In this document: positions 37,010-47,068 of the stretch, one piece after another
Layout: each line of letters begins with the position of its first letter
Numbering within the stretch: position 1 is the first letter of the stretch
NCBI GenBank assembly: GCA_028279505.1
Contig: JANQNP010000118.1
Span: forward strand, 6,610 to 70,609
DNA from: Dehalococcoidia bacterium
Lineage (GTDB): Bacteria; Chloroflexota; Dehalococcoidia; UBA2979
Length of the DNA stretch: 64,000 nt
Direction of reading: 5' to 3'
The notes under the pieces: generated by a model
What the model was told of the DNA's origin: nothing
The model's input: the letters and a program-made list of their open reading frames with translations, nothing else
The model's database searches: none
Position numbers and translations under genes: made by a program

Positions 37010-38380
37010 ATGGCGACCGCGACGCGCCCCGCTGCCCAGCCCGACCGAGGCGCTCCACCTCCAGCCGACGAGTCCCGCGGGATCTACTTCGGCTACTACA
37101 TCGTCGGTGCCGCGTTGGTCGCCCAGTTCATCGCGATCGGCGCCCAGGCTTCGGTCTCCGGCGTGTTCATGGATCCGATGATCGACGAACTCGATTGGAC
37201 GCGGACCGAGTTCACGTACGCCCAGACGATCAATCGCTTCCTGATGGCGTTCGCCGGCGTCTGGATCGGGGTCTACGTCGACCGGCTCGGTGGCCGCCCG
37301 GTCATGCTCATCGGCACGCTGATCCTCGCCGCGTCGCTGTTCTCCGTCAGCATCGTCGAGGAGCTCTGGCAGTGGGTCCTGCTGCGCGGGATCATCTTCG
37401 CGCTCGGCGCCGCGATGGTCGGCAACCTCGTCGTCAACGTCACCCTCTCCAAGTGGTTCGTCGATCGCCGAGGGCGCGCAATCGCCGTCGCCGCGATGGG
37501 TGTGTCGCTGGCCGGCGTCGTCTGGCCGCCGCTGATGAACTGGATCATCGACCAGTCCGACTGGCGCGGCGGCTGGCAGGCGCTGGCCGTGATCGCGCTG
37601 GTGGTCCTGCTCCCCGCCTCCCTGTTCATGCGCCGCACCCCCGAGGACTACGGCCTCAACCCGGACGGCTACAGCGACCAGGCGCTGCGCGAAGGCGCCG
37701 GCGAGGCGGCCGCCGCCGACTACCGCAACTCATTCACGCGAGCTGAGGCGCTGCGAACCCGCGCGTTCTACCTCGTGGTCTTCGCCTTCGGCCTCGGGGG
37801 CGTCGGGATCGGCGTGATCCTGCTCCACACGGTGCCCTTCCTCTCCGCTGAGGACGGCAACTTCACCCGCACGCAGGCGACCTCGCTCTCCGCGCTGATG
37901 TCGTTCCTCGCGTTCGCCGCCAAGCCGTTCTGGGGCTTCCTCACAGACAAGTTCGAACCGAAGTACCTCTCGACGGCGGCGTTCTGGCTCGCCGCGGCCG
38001 GCACCTTCATCATCCTCGGCGGCGCCGAGAGCGGGTCGTGGCCCGCACTGATCGGTGGCTTCGCGCTGCTCGGATGGGGCTTCGGTGGCTTCATCCCGCT
38101 GCAGGAGACGATCTGGGGCTCCTACTTCGGTCGCCGCTACCTCGGCGCGGTTCGCTCTGTCGCGATGCCGTTCGCGCTGTTCCTTGGCGCGGGAGGCCCG
38201 CTTGCCGCCTCGTACTACGTCGACTTCCTCGGTAGCTACACCGGCGTGTTCATGACAGTCACCGCCCTCTGGGCGCTCGGCGGCGCGATGGTGCTGCTGA
38301 TTACGCGACCGACCAAGCCCGCCGAACCGACGCTCCTCGAGGTGCTGATGAAGCGCCCGTCGGCCACCGAGCCGCGGTAG
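37010..38380 (+). CDS. MFS transporter (OFA-like)
   Basis: 12 transmembrane helices with MFS signature loops. Divergently paired with the AraC regulator. Confidence 0.8.
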   Translation: MATATRPAAQPDRGAPPPADESRGIYFGYYIVGAALVAQFIAIGAQASVSGVFMDPMIDELDWTRTEFTYAQTINRFLMAFAGVWIGVYVDRLGGRPVMLIGTLILAASLFSVSIVEELWQWVLLRGIIFALGAAMVGNLVVNVTLSKWFVDRRGRAIAVAAMGVSLAGVVWPPLMNWIIDQSDWRGGWQALAVIALVVLLPASLFMRRTPEDYGLNPDGYSDQALREGAGEAAAADYRNSFTRAEALRTRAFYLVVFAFGLGGVGIGVILLHTVPFLSAEDGNFTRTQATSLSALMSFLAFAAKPFWGFLTDKFEPKYLSTAAFWLAAAGTFIILGGAESGSWPALIGGFALLGWGFGGFIPLQETIWGSYFGRRYLGAVRSVAMPFALFLGAGGPLAASYYVDFLGSYTGVFMTVTALWALGGAMVLLITRPTKPAEPTLLEVLMKRPSATEPR

Positions 38381-38439
38381 ATCGAGCCGCGCGAGGCCCG
38401 CCAGCTTCCGAGGACAGCCACCGCCCGAGGTCTGCCCGG

Positions 38440-38949
38440 TCAGTCGGCTTTGGGCCGCATCGCCCCGCTCGCGTCGCCCCAGCTCCAGCCGTCCAGCTGC
38501 GCGTCCAGGTCCGCCGGCCCGGCTCCCAGGGCGGTCAGCATCGTGATGATCTGCGTCCGATGCTCGGTGCTGTGATTCACCGCCTGGACCAGGAACACCG
38601 TCGCGTCGGCGTCCGCGAATCCATCGCCCTCGGTCCCCTCGACCACGACGTCGGTGGGGTCGGCGGCGGCCGTCGCCAGCGCGCTGCCGTTGTCGCTCGC
38701 GACCCGGGCGAGGAGTTCGAACCCGGGAAACTCGGCCGTCAACTCCGTGCCGCTCGCCGGCGGGTACCCGACACGTCGAAGGTAGTACTGCTCGGCGGAG
38801 AGGAAGTGGAGCAGCGTCTGGCGGATCGAGCCGTAGGTTCCGTCGCCGGTCGCATCGAGCTGCTCGTCGCTGAGCTGCGCGCAGACCTCGATCAGTTGCT
38901 CATTCGCCCAGGCGCTCTGCTGCACGAACGCGGCGGCGGGGACAGCCAT
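38440..38949 (-). CDS. DinB-family (DinB_2 / maleylpyruvate-isomerase N-terminal-like) metal-dependent protein
   Basis: His triad within a four-helix bundle (TLLHFLSAEQYY ... NHSTEHRTQI). Confidence 0.72.
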   Translation of the reverse strand: MAVPAAAFVQQSAWANEQLIEVCAQLSDEQLDATGDGTYGSIRQTLLHFLSAEQYYLRRVGYPPASGTELTAEFPGFELLARVASDNGSALATAAADPTDVVVEGTEGDGFADADATVFLVQAVNHSTEHRTQIITMLTALGAGPADLDAQLDGWSWGDASGAMRPKAD

Positions 38950-39025
38950 CGACGGCCTCCGATCATCGAGGCCGTGAGCTTAGCGGGGGTTGAGCGAGCG
39001 CCGTCGATCGGGGGAGGAGATGGGC

Positions 39026-39271
39026 CTATGCGGCCTGGTTGGGTGGCAGCAGTCCGCTGTCCTGAAGCAGGCGGAAGCGCGCCCACTTCGCGTCCTCGTG
39101 GGCGACGCGCGCCCAGTTGCGCAGCCGCTTCGTGAACTCATCGCGCGAGGTCGTGGCGAGCAGCCGGTCCGAGAACTCCGCCAGCATCGCGGCGCGGTGC
39201 TCGTCGGTCAGCTGCCCGTACCAGGGCAGCCGTCCGAGCACCTCGGTCAGCGGCGGCAGCTTCTCGTCCAT
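39026..39271 (-). CDS. small conserved hypothetical protein (81 aa)
   Basis: Very high GC3. Co-directional with, and sandwiched between, clpS and the DinB-family gene. No recognisable motif and no obvious Shine-Dalgarno sequence. Confidence 0.5.
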   Translation of the reverse strand: MDEKLPPLTEVLGRLPWYGQLTDEHRAAMLAEFSDRLLATTSRDEFTKRLRNWARVAHEDAKWARFRLLQDSGLLPPNQAA

Positions 39272-39365
39272 GCACAGATCGTCGGTGGCCGCACCCGACG
39301 CTGAACCGACCCGGATCAGGGTTTCCGCCCGGTCTGCAGCAACGAACCAGCGAGGAAACTGACGA

Positions 39366-39716
39366 TCAGCCGCGCCGAATCGTGGCGGTCAGGCCGTGCG
39401 ATTCGAGCCGATCCCGGTACAACTCAGCGCGCTCGAGAGGGCAGCTGATGACGTCCGCTTCCCCGTGGTTGTGGGCGAGCAGCATGATCTCCGCCGCCCG
39501 TTCCAGGTCGACCTCGGGCACGCTCACGAGCAGTGCGTGGACGACGTGGTCCATCGAGTTCACGTCGTCGTTGTGCAGCACCACCGTCGCCGGTGGGAGC
39601 AGCTCCTCGAGGCTCTTCGTCTGCTCCTCAATCACCGGCGCCGGCGGCGTCGGCGTGGCCGGCGAGGTCGCCACAGGCCCGGTGCCGGTGCGCATCAGAG
39701 CTTGCGGTGATCCCAT
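39366..39716 (-). CDS. clpS: ATP-dependent Clp protease adaptor ClpS
   Basis: 116 aa from the ATG at 39716. ClpS core: VVLHNDDVNSMDHVVHALLVSVPEVDLERAAEIMLLAHNHGEA. Confidence 0.8.
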   Translation of the reverse strand: MGSPQALMRTGTGPVATSPATPTPPAPVIEEQTKSLEELLPPATVVLHNDDVNSMDHVVHALLVSVPEVDLERAAEIMLLAHNHGEADVISCPLERAELYRDRLESHGLTATIRRG

Positions 39717-40153
39717 GAGCGCACCCGCTCCGGATGGATCCGCACCGTCACCCGCTTGTACGCGGCGGGCGGTGGCTCGGCCTCGGGCGTGGGCTCCGGC
39801 GGCGGGCGGCGGTTCGTGTGCGCGCCGACGAGCTGCAGCGTCCGCATCGTCACCTGCGGATCGCGGATCACCTCCGCCCGCCCGTCGATCGACACCCCGC
39901 GCACCTCGTCGTACTCGTGCCCCGTCTCCGCGAGTGCGGTGATCCGAGGATCGCGCTCCAGGTTCTTGATCTTCTGCGACGACCCATAAGTGCTGAAGAT
40001 GAGCAGCCCATCGTCGTCCCGTGCGAACCACATCGGCACCAGGTGCGGCCGGCCATCCGGCAGGATGCTCGCGATCTGGAGGACGCGCGCAGTCTCGAGC
40101 AGCTCGTCCTGCTCCGCCTCAGTCAGCCGAATTCGGTCACGAGCGTTGGGCAT
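39695..40153 (-). CDS. pyridoxamine 5'-phosphate oxidase-family (split-barrel, F420/FMN-binding) protein
   Basis: PPOX-class split-barrel motifs (LPDGRPHLVPMWFARDDDGLLIFSTYGSSQKIKNL). Overlaps the clpS start by 22 nt. Confidence 0.75.
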   Translation of the reverse strand: MPNARDRIRLTEAEQDELLETARVLQIASILPDGRPHLVPMWFARDDDGLLIFSTYGSSQKIKNLERDPRITALAETGHEYDEVRGVSIDGRAEVIRDPQVTMRTLQLVGAHTNRRPPPEPTPEAEPPPAAYKRVTVRIHPERVRSWDHRKL

Positions 40154-40304
40154 CGCCGGCCTCCGATCAGGGCCGATGATACGAAGCGGCGGGGGCGCGG
40201 TGAGGTGCGATCGGCATCACGGTCGCGTACAACGCTCACCTCGGCACAATGGGTAGCTTGCAAGTGGGACCGACGGCGCTGCACCTTCGTCGTCGCTCGA
40301 TGGG

Positions 40305-41657
40305 ATGACGATGGCCGCCGTTGTCGATTCCGCGCCGCCGCCTGGCGTGCGCCAGATTCGCCTCGCCCGACCGATTCAGCGATTCATTCGCACCGAGGCG
40401 GCCGGCGGCATCGTGCTCCTCGTCGGCGCGGTCCTCGCGCTCGTCTGGGTGAACTCCCCCTGGTCCGACAGCTACCACGAGCTGTTCGAGCACCACCTCT
40501 CCTTCGACCTCGGCTTCTACTCCGTCGACGAGACGCTCCACTTCTGGATCAACGACGCCGCGATGGTGATCTTCTTCTTCCTCGTCGGGATGGAGATCAA
40601 ACGCGAGATCGTCGTCGGCGAACTCGCCAGCGTGCGCCGCATGGTCGTCCCGGCCGCCGCCGCCATCGGCGGCATGGTCGTCCCTGTTGCCATCTTCTTC
40701 GCCCTCGTCAGCAGCAGCGAGGCTCGCGAGGGCTGGGCGATCCCCATGGCGACCGACATCGCCTTCGCCGTCGGCATCCTCGTCCTCGTTGGTTCGCGCA
40801 TCCCGACCGGCCTGAAGGTCCTGCTCCTCGCCATGGCGATCGTCGACGACCTCGGCGCCATCGCCGTCATCGCCATCTTCTACACCGACGCCATCGACTG
40901 GAACGCAATTGGGATCGTCGCCGCGTTGCTGGTGCTCACCTACACCCTCAACCGCTTCGGCATGTGGTACATCCCCGTCTACTTCGTGATCGGCGGCTTC
41001 GCCTGGATGGCGATGCTCCAGTCCGGCGTCCACGCCACCATCGTGGGCGTCCTCCTCGGCCTGATGACCCCATGGCGCAGCTGGCACCGTCCCGAGGACT
41101 TCCCCGCCATCGCGGAACCCGTCCTCGACCGACTCCAGGCGCACACCGACCAGTCCGAGGCCCATCTCGACCGCGAGGAACGCGTCGAAGCGCTGCTCGC
41201 GATCTCCGAGGTCGGGCAGAAGACCGTCTCGCCGCTTGACCGCCTGGAGCACTCCCTCCAGCGCCCGGTCGCCTTCGTCGTCGTCCCGATCTTCGCGCTC
41301 GCCAACGCCGGCGTGGAGCTGACGCCGAGCACACTCGACGACGTCTTCACCTCGAGCCTGACCTGGGGCGTCACGCTCGGCCTGCTCCTCGGGAAGCCGA
41401 TCGGCGTCACCCTCGGCGTCTGGCTCGCGGTGCGAGCGGGCGCCGCGCTGCCCCTCGGCGTCACCTGGGGTCAGGTCGTCGGCATGTCGCTGCTCGGCGG
41501 GATCGGCTTCACCGTCTCCCTCTTCGTCACCGAGCTGTCGTTCGAGTCGGAGGCGCTGCTCACCGATGCGAAGGTCGGCATCCTCCTCGCCTCGGCGCTG
41601 GCCGGTGGGCTCGGCTTCTTCCTGCTGCGCCTGGTGACACGCCCGGCCCGAGGCTAG
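40305..41657 (+). CDS. nhaA: Na+/H+ antiporter NhaA
   Basis: Similar to the NhaA family throughout (FFFLVGMEIKRE, AIPMATDIAFAVGIL, DDLGAIAVIAIFY). Confidence 0.9.
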   Translation: MTMAAVVDSAPPPGVRQIRLARPIQRFIRTEAAGGIVLLVGAVLALVWVNSPWSDSYHELFEHHLSFDLGFYSVDETLHFWINDAAMVIFFFLVGMEIKREIVVGELASVRRMVVPAAAAIGGMVVPVAIFFALVSSSEAREGWAIPMATDIAFAVGILVLVGSRIPTGLKVLLLAMAIVDDLGAIAVIAIFYTDAIDWNAIGIVAALLVLTYTLNRFGMWYIPVYFVIGGFAWMAMLQSGVHATIVGVLLGLMTPWRSWHRPEDFPAIAEPVLDRLQAHTDQSEAHLDREERVEALLAISEVGQKTVSPLDRLEHSLQRPVAFVVVPIFALANAGVELTPSTLDDVFTSSLTWGVTLGLLLGKPIGVTLGVWLAVRAGAALPLGVTWGQVVGMSLLGGIGFTVSLFVTELSFESEALLTDAKVGILLASALAGGLGFFLLRLVTRPARG

Positions 41658-41665
41658 ACCGCCTC

Positions 41666-42634
41666 ATGTTCCTCGACCTGCTCATGGTGGTGGGCGGACT
41701 GACCGTCCTGCTGCTGGGAGCGTGGCAGGTCGTCCGCTCCGCCGTCTCGATCGCCCTCGCCTTCGGGCTGAGCCGCGTCGTCGTCGGCGCGACCGTCGTC
41801 GCCTTCGGCACCTCCGCGCCCGAGTTCGTAATCAGCCTCGCCGCCTCGGTCGACGACTCCTCCGGCCTCGCCGTCGGCAATGTGATCGGTTCGAACGTCG
41901 CCAACGTCGCGCTCGTTCTCGGCTCGGCCGCCGTGTTCCGCCCGATGTTCGTCAGCGCCCGTCTGCTCCGCTGGGAGATCCCGGTGCTGGTCGCCGCCAC
42001 CGTCGCGGTCCTCGGCGCCGGCGCGGATGGCGAGTTCGCCCGCTGGGAGGGCGCGCTTCTCTTCGGCGTCGGCCTGATCGGCTTCATCGTCGCGTCGGTC
42101 GTACTCATCCCCGAGGCGTCCGCGCTCGCCACCGACGTCGAGGAGGAGCCCGACGAGATCCCCTCGCGCGACCCTCGCACGCTCGCCGTCATGTTCGGCC
42201 TGCTCGTCGTCGGCCTGACCGGCCTCGCCGTCGGCGCGGCCGTCGCTGTCGAGGGCGCAACCGGCATCGCGGAGCGCATCGGGATGAGCGAGTTCGCGAT
42301 CGGCGTGACGATCGTCGCCGTCGGGACCAGCCTGCCCGAGGTCGCCACCACCCTCGTCGCCGCCGCCCGGCGCGAGCACGACATCGCCGTCGCCAACGCC
42401 GTCGGCTCGAACATCTTCAACCTGCTCGGGGTCCTCGGCGGGACCGCGCTCATCGCACCGCTGACGATCGACCAGTCGCTCTACCAATTCGAGATGATCG
42501 CCCTCACGCTGAGCAGCCTGGTCCTCGTCCCGATCGTCATCGGCCGTACGCCGTCGCTCGTCGACCGCCGCGAGGGCGCGCTCCTCGTGATCGGCTACGT
42601 CGTCTTCATGGCGCTGATCGTCGTACGCGGCTGA
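41666..42634 (+). CDS. Ca2+/Na+ antiporter (CaCA family, YrbG-like)
   Basis: Two alpha-repeats: GNVIGSNVANVALVLG and GSNIFNLLGVLG. Confidence 0.85.
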   Translation: MFLDLLMVVGGLTVLLLGAWQVVRSAVSIALAFGLSRVVVGATVVAFGTSAPEFVISLAASVDDSSGLAVGNVIGSNVANVALVLGSAAVFRPMFVSARLLRWEIPVLVAATVAVLGAGADGEFARWEGALLFGVGLIGFIVASVVLIPEASALATDVEEEPDEIPSRDPRTLAVMFGLLVVGLTGLAVGAAVAVEGATGIAERIGMSEFAIGVTIVAVGTSLPEVATTLVAAARREHDIAVANAVGSNIFNLLGVLGGTALIAPLTIDQSLYQFEMIALTLSSLVLVPIVIGRTPSLVDRREGALLVIGYVVFMALIVVRG

Positions 42635-42719
42635 CCGGCGATTCGCCGCGCGGCATCGACTCACCGAGGGCTACTCCGCCTCCTCGGCGACCGGCATCGG
42701 TACCGGCTCGGACGGACGG

Positions 42720-44240
42720 CTAGGTCGTGTCGCGCAACCCCTCGACGAGTGCGCTCCGCTGCACCTTGCCGTTGCGCGTGCGCGGGAGCGCGTCCACGAA
42801 CCGGTACTGGTGCGGTCGCTTGTAGTCCGCGAGGTGCGCCGACGCATGCGCCTCGAGCTCGGCCGGCTCGAGGGCGTCCGGCGCCGTCGGCACGACACAG
42901 GCGGTGACCAACGTCTTCTGATCGTCGACCGCGAAGCCCACGACCGCCGCCTCGGCTACCGCCGGGTGCGACTCCAGCGCCGCTTCGATCTCAACCGGGG
43001 AGAGGCGGTAGCCAAACGACTTGATCACGTCGTCCGCGCGACCATGGAAGTGGACATAACCATCGGCATCGATCGCGGCGCGGTCACCGCCGATGAACCA
43101 GTCGTCCCGGAAGACCGCCGCCTCCTCCTCCGGTCGGTTCCAGTAGCGCAGCATCAGCCCCGGGTCGGAGCGATGCACCGCCAGCAGCCCCACCTCGCCC
43201 GCCGGGACCGGCTCCATGCTGTCGGAGTCCTCCTCGAGGATCGCGACCCGACGGCCCGGCTGCGGTCGCCCCGGGGTGCCGGGGCGGACGGGGGTGACTG
43301 GCCCCGAGGAGATGTACGTCGACACCTCGGTCATCCCGAGCGACTCGTACATCTCCGTCCCCACGCGCTCCCGCCACTCGGCGTAGAGCGCCGGCGCCAA
43401 CGGCTCCCCCGCGCAGAGCACGTGTCGCAGCGACGAGAGGTCGTGCTCCTCGGGACGCCCGTACTTCAGCAGCTGGCGATACACCGTCGGCACGGCGATG
43501 AAGATCGTCACGCCGAGGCGTTCGATCTCCCGAGGCCACGTGTCCCGCTCGGTCGTCCCGCCGCGAAGCACCGCGTGCGCGCCCGCCGCCCACGCGTCCA
43601 TCAGCCCGACCCCGAGCGTGTACGACCAGTTCAGCGTCCCCGCGTGCAACGTCACGTCGCCCGCCTCGAAGCCCTGCCACCCCTCGCGCATCAGCGCGCG
43701 CCCGCGCACCGTCCGATGCGCGTGGAGCACGCCCTTTGGCGTGGAGGTGGTGCCCGAGGTGTAGATCAGGAACGCCGGGTCCTCGGCGTCCGTCTCCGGG
43801 AGCGGATCCGGCCCATCGAGGTCCGCCAGCTCCTCGGGCGTGACGGTCACGCCGCCAAACCCGGCCGGGTGCAGCTCCGCCGGCGCCACGATCGCCATCG
43901 CCCCGGAGTCGTCAAGCAGGAACTCGGCCTCCTCGTCGGTCAGCATCGGCGACGCCGGGATCGGGATCAGCCCCGCCAGCGACGCCCCGAAGAACGCGAA
44001 GGCGTAGTCCGGCGAGTGCGGCAGCCGCACGAGCACCCGCTCGCCCCGCTCGAGGTCACGCGCGAGCAACCCGCGCCCGATCGCCTCGATGCGTTGCCAC
44101 ACCTCGGCGTACGTCCAGGTGCGATCCCCGGTCTCTGCGTCCACGAACGTGAACGCGGGCCGGTCCGCCCTCGCTGGATCGAGCGCGCTCGCCTCGAGGC
44201 AGTACCTGGCGAGGTTCAGTGGGTCGGCGCCGGTCGTCAT
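42720..44240 (-). CDS. AMP-dependent acyl-CoA synthetase/ligase (aryl/short-chain-acid CoA ligase-like)
   Basis: AMP-binding signature YTSGTTSTPKGV and C-terminal GYVHFHGRADDVIKSFGYRLSPVEIE. Start at the ATG at 44240; the ORF-track upstream extension was rejected. Confidence 0.85.
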   Translation of the reverse strand: MTTGADPLNLARYCLEASALDPARADRPAFTFVDAETGDRTWTYAEVWQRIEAIGRGLLARDLERGERVLVRLPHSPDYAFAFFGASLAGLIPIPASPMLTDEEAEFLLDDSGAMAIVAPAELHPAGFGGVTVTPEELADLDGPDPLPETDAEDPAFLIYTSGTTSTPKGVLHAHRTVRGRALMREGWQGFEAGDVTLHAGTLNWSYTLGVGLMDAWAAGAHAVLRGGTTERDTWPREIERLGVTIFIAVPTVYRQLLKYGRPEEHDLSSLRHVLCAGEPLAPALYAEWRERVGTEMYESLGMTEVSTYISSGPVTPVRPGTPGRPQPGRRVAILEEDSDSMEPVPAGEVGLLAVHRSDPGLMLRYWNRPEEEAAVFRDDWFIGGDRAAIDADGYVHFHGRADDVIKSFGYRLSPVEIEAALESHPAVAEAAVVGFAVDDQKTLVTACVVPTAPDALEPAELEAHASAHLADYKRPHQYRFVDALPRTRNGKVQRSALVEGLRDTT

Positions 44241-44299
44241 CGGGGGAGTGTATGGCCTCGCGCCCTGCCACTCATGCCCTGGTACTGACGCTTCGTCGC

Positions 44300-44650
44300 T
44301 CACCCGGCGCCCGGCGCACCCGCCTCCTCGAGGATCGCCGACATCGACCCCTTCGAGGTCGGCATCCGCGGGTCCGCCCCGTACGCGTGGATCTGACCCT
44401 GGTGCGCCTCGCAGCGCTCGCGCGGCCCCGTTTCGAGGATCACCCGACCCTGTGTGTCCACTGTGCGGGCCAGCGCCCACGCCTTCTCCGGCCCGTAGCC
44501 GAAGATCGAGCCCAGCATCTCGATCACGTAGTCGTACGTGTGCTGGTCGTCGTCGAGCAGCACGAGGTGATAGAGCGACTCGAGCTCAGGCTCCTCGGTC
44601 TCTACGAAGACCGGGGCCGGCGTGACCGGGTTCGTAACCATCGATCGCAT
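44300..44650 (-). CDS. ClpS-like Clp adaptor (second paralogue)
   Basis: Core YHLVLLDDDQHTYDYVIEMLGSIFGYGPEKAWALARTVDTQGRVIL matches the ClpS fold. Lies immediately upstream of the acyl-CoA synthetase on the same strand. Confidence 0.72.
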   Translation of the reverse strand: MRSMVTNPVTPAPVFVETEEPELESLYHLVLLDDDQHTYDYVIEMLGSIFGYGPEKAWALARTVDTQGRVILETGPRERCEAHQGQIHAYGADPRMPTSKGSMSAILEEAGAPGAG

Positions 44651-44781
44651 TGTGCTTCGCCGCGAATGAGCCCGTCGAGGTGCATTCGTCACCTGGATCC
44701 GCGCTGTCGCGATCGCCCGTGATGGCCGAGAATCCAACGGACGGGGTGCCCTCCATCGAGGGCGAGACGAAGGGTGTTCAC

Positions 44782-45708
44782 ATGGCGGAGCGACCGCTCG
44801 CGGTGATCCTGACCGGCGGCAAGGCGACGCGGCTGCGTCCGCTCAGCTACGAACTCCCCAAGGCGCTCGTGCCCGTCCTCAACCGCCCGCTGATCGCCTA
44901 CGCCCTCGAACGCCTCGCCGAGACCGGCATCGACGACGTCTGGATCGTCGTGATGCCCGGCGACGACCGCACCGCGGTCGCGGCACACGAGGCCGCCCCC
45001 ATCGGCGTCTCGATCAACGTCGCCATCCAGCCGGAGCCGAACGGCCCCGGTGACGCGCTCGCCCAGGTGCCGCACGACCAGCTCCGAGGACGTCACGTTG
45101 CCGTCATCGCCGCCGACGCGCTGCTCCACGGCGGCGACCTCAAGAGCCAGTTCGACTCCTGGCTCAGCGAGCCGGTCGACGCCTGGCTCCCGCTCGCCCC
45201 GACCGACGTCCCGAAGTCGATGGGCATCGCCCAGCTCGACGGCGAGCGCATCACCGAGTTCATCGAGAAGCCCGAGCACCCGAAGGGCAACCTCGCCTCC
45301 CCGGCCTGGTGGCTGCTCGGCCCCGCCGCCGTCGACCGGGTCCTCGACGACCCGGTGATCAACGCGAAGGGCGAACTCGAGATGTCCGGCACCCTGACTG
45401 CGATCATCGAGGAGGGCCACCCCGTCGGCGGCCGCCGCTTCGATGGCGAGTGGCTCGACACCGGCACGCTCGAAGCGCTGCTCGCGACGCAGGCGCGCCT
45501 CCTCGAGGAGCGCGAATCCTCGGTGCTGATCGCCCCCGACGCCGACGTCGAGAACTGCGAACTCGGACCCAACGTCGTCGTCGGCTCCGGCTGCCGCCTC
45601 CGCAACGTGAAGCTCTCGAACGCCCTCGTTGCTCCTGGCGGCCACCTCGAAGCGATCGAGGACAGCGGCATCGTCGTCACCCCCTCGGGCGAGATCGGCC
45701 GCCCCTAG
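44782..45708 (+). CDS. sugar-phosphate nucleotidyltransferase (RmlA/GlmU-like N domain plus left-handed beta-helix C domain)
   Basis: LTGGKATRLRPLS (GxGTRL) signature. C-terminal hexapeptide-repeat-like region. Confidence 0.75.
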   Translation: MAERPLAVILTGGKATRLRPLSYELPKALVPVLNRPLIAYALERLAETGIDDVWIVVMPGDDRTAVAAHEAAPIGVSINVAIQPEPNGPGDALAQVPHDQLRGRHVAVIAADALLHGGDLKSQFDSWLSEPVDAWLPLAPTDVPKSMGIAQLDGERITEFIEKPEHPKGNLASPAWWLLGPAAVDRVLDDPVINAKGELEMSGTLTAIIEEGHPVGGRRFDGEWLDTGTLEALLATQARLLEERESSVLIAPDADVENCELGPNVVVGSGCRLRNVKLSNALVAPGGHLEAIEDSGIVVTPSGEIGRP

Positions 45709-45801
45709 GTGCCGATCCGCCTCGCGATGCCACAACCGTCCGGCGACGACTGGCCGGGCGAACCCTGATCGGCCTGTCGCCGCCGCACGCGACGATCAGG
45801 G

Positions 45802-46998
45802 ATGCCGTCCACGACGCCGTCGATCGGCCCTCGTGCGCTGTCCGTCCTGGCGGTCTCACTGGCCACCGCGCTGCTGCTCGCCGCCTGCGGTAGCGATGCG
45901 GCGCAGTCCGCGACTCCGACCGCGACCGCCCCAGACGCTGAGCCCACGACCTCGGTCGGCGACACACCCGAGGTCGCGCCCACCGCCGCCCCGAGCGCCG
46001 ACGGCGGAGCATCCGAGGCGACTTGCACCTCGGACCCCGCGCCCGTCTTCACCCACCACTACACCGACCTCGATCAGATCGACTTCATCAACCCCACGAT
46101 CGTGACCAGCGGGAACTGGCTGAAGAACCGCCAGTACCACAAGGTCGTGACCGACGCCGACAACGAGGCGCCCGAGGTGCCCATCTACGCACCGATCGGC
46201 GCCGTCGCGACCGGCATCACCTACTACCTCGGTCAGATGACCTCGTGGTCCGGCGAGTCGTTCGAACTGCCCCAGTACGACCTGCGCTTCCAGGTCTCGT
46301 GCGAGGTCAGCTTCGGCTTCGACCACCTCTCACGGCTCGCGGAGCCCTTCGCCTCGCTGGCGCCGTCCGATCCGGTCCGTGACACACGGAACGCCGAGCA
46401 GCCCCTGACCGTCGAGGTCGAAGCGGGTCAGCTCATCGGCTGGTCGAGCGGCACCGCCCCGGCGCGCACCTGGGACTTCATCGTCACGAACACCACCACC
46501 ACGAACAGCTTCGTCAACCAGCCGCGCTACGAGGCGTCCGGCGACCTCCGCCGGTTGCTCCACGCTGCCTGCCCCACCGACTACCTCGCGCCCGACCTCG
46601 CCGACGCCTTCACCTCGAAGCTCGGCTGGTGGCAGGGCGTCTCGCCCGACGCCGGCTGCAACCTCTCGCCTGACGTCCCTGGAGCCTTGGCCGGCGGCTG
46701 GTTCCGCTCCCCCTTCGACGGATCGCCGAACGCCCCCGTCGAGTGGGGCCTCGTGGCGACCGTCGCCGCCGACGGCTACCTCGACCTGAACGGCCCCGGA
46801 ACCGCGCTGCGCGTCTCGCCTGACGACCCGTCGTTCCTCGACCCCGCCGAGATGACCGGCGAGCACTGCTACGCCCACTACCAGGGCGGCCGCTGGGCCT
46901 ACGTGCGGATTACCTCGGACGGCGCTCTCGCCGCCGCCTTCGGCGACGGCTCCTGTCCGGCGTCGCTCCCCGACGACCACCAGCTGTTCTACCGCTAG
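45802..46998 (+). CDS. lipoprotein of unknown function
   Basis: Signal peptide with lipobox LLAACGS and a Pro/Thr/Ala-rich linker. High GC3. Confidence 0.6.
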   Translation: MPSTTPSIGPRALSVLAVSLATALLLAACGSDAAQSATPTATAPDAEPTTSVGDTPEVAPTAAPSADGGASEATCTSDPAPVFTHHYTDLDQIDFINPTIVTSGNWLKNRQYHKVVTDADNEAPEVPIYAPIGAVATGITYYLGQMTSWSGESFELPQYDLRFQVSCEVSFGFDHLSRLAEPFASLAPSDPVRDTRNAEQPLTVEVEAGQLIGWSSGTAPARTWDFIVTNTTTTNSFVNQPRYEASGDLRRLLHAACPTDYLAPDLADAFTSKLGWWQGVSPDAGCNLSPDVPGALAGGWFRSPFDGSPNAPVEWGLVATVAADGYLDLNGPGTALRVSPDDPSFLDPAEMTGEHCYAHYQGGRWAYVRITSDGALAAAFGDGSCPASLPDDHQLFYR

Positions 46999-47068
46999 GC
47001 GGTTCCTCGGAAGCAGCTGTTGTTCTCAGATTGCGGCCGCACGCCCCTGGACGATCGACCTGGGGCGA

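Noticed and set aside
39734-41239. 501-aa plus-strand ORF overlapping clpS, the PPOX gene and nhaA
   Set aside because: Arg/Pro/His/Asp-rich low-complexity translation. It overlaps genes with clear family motifs on both strands.
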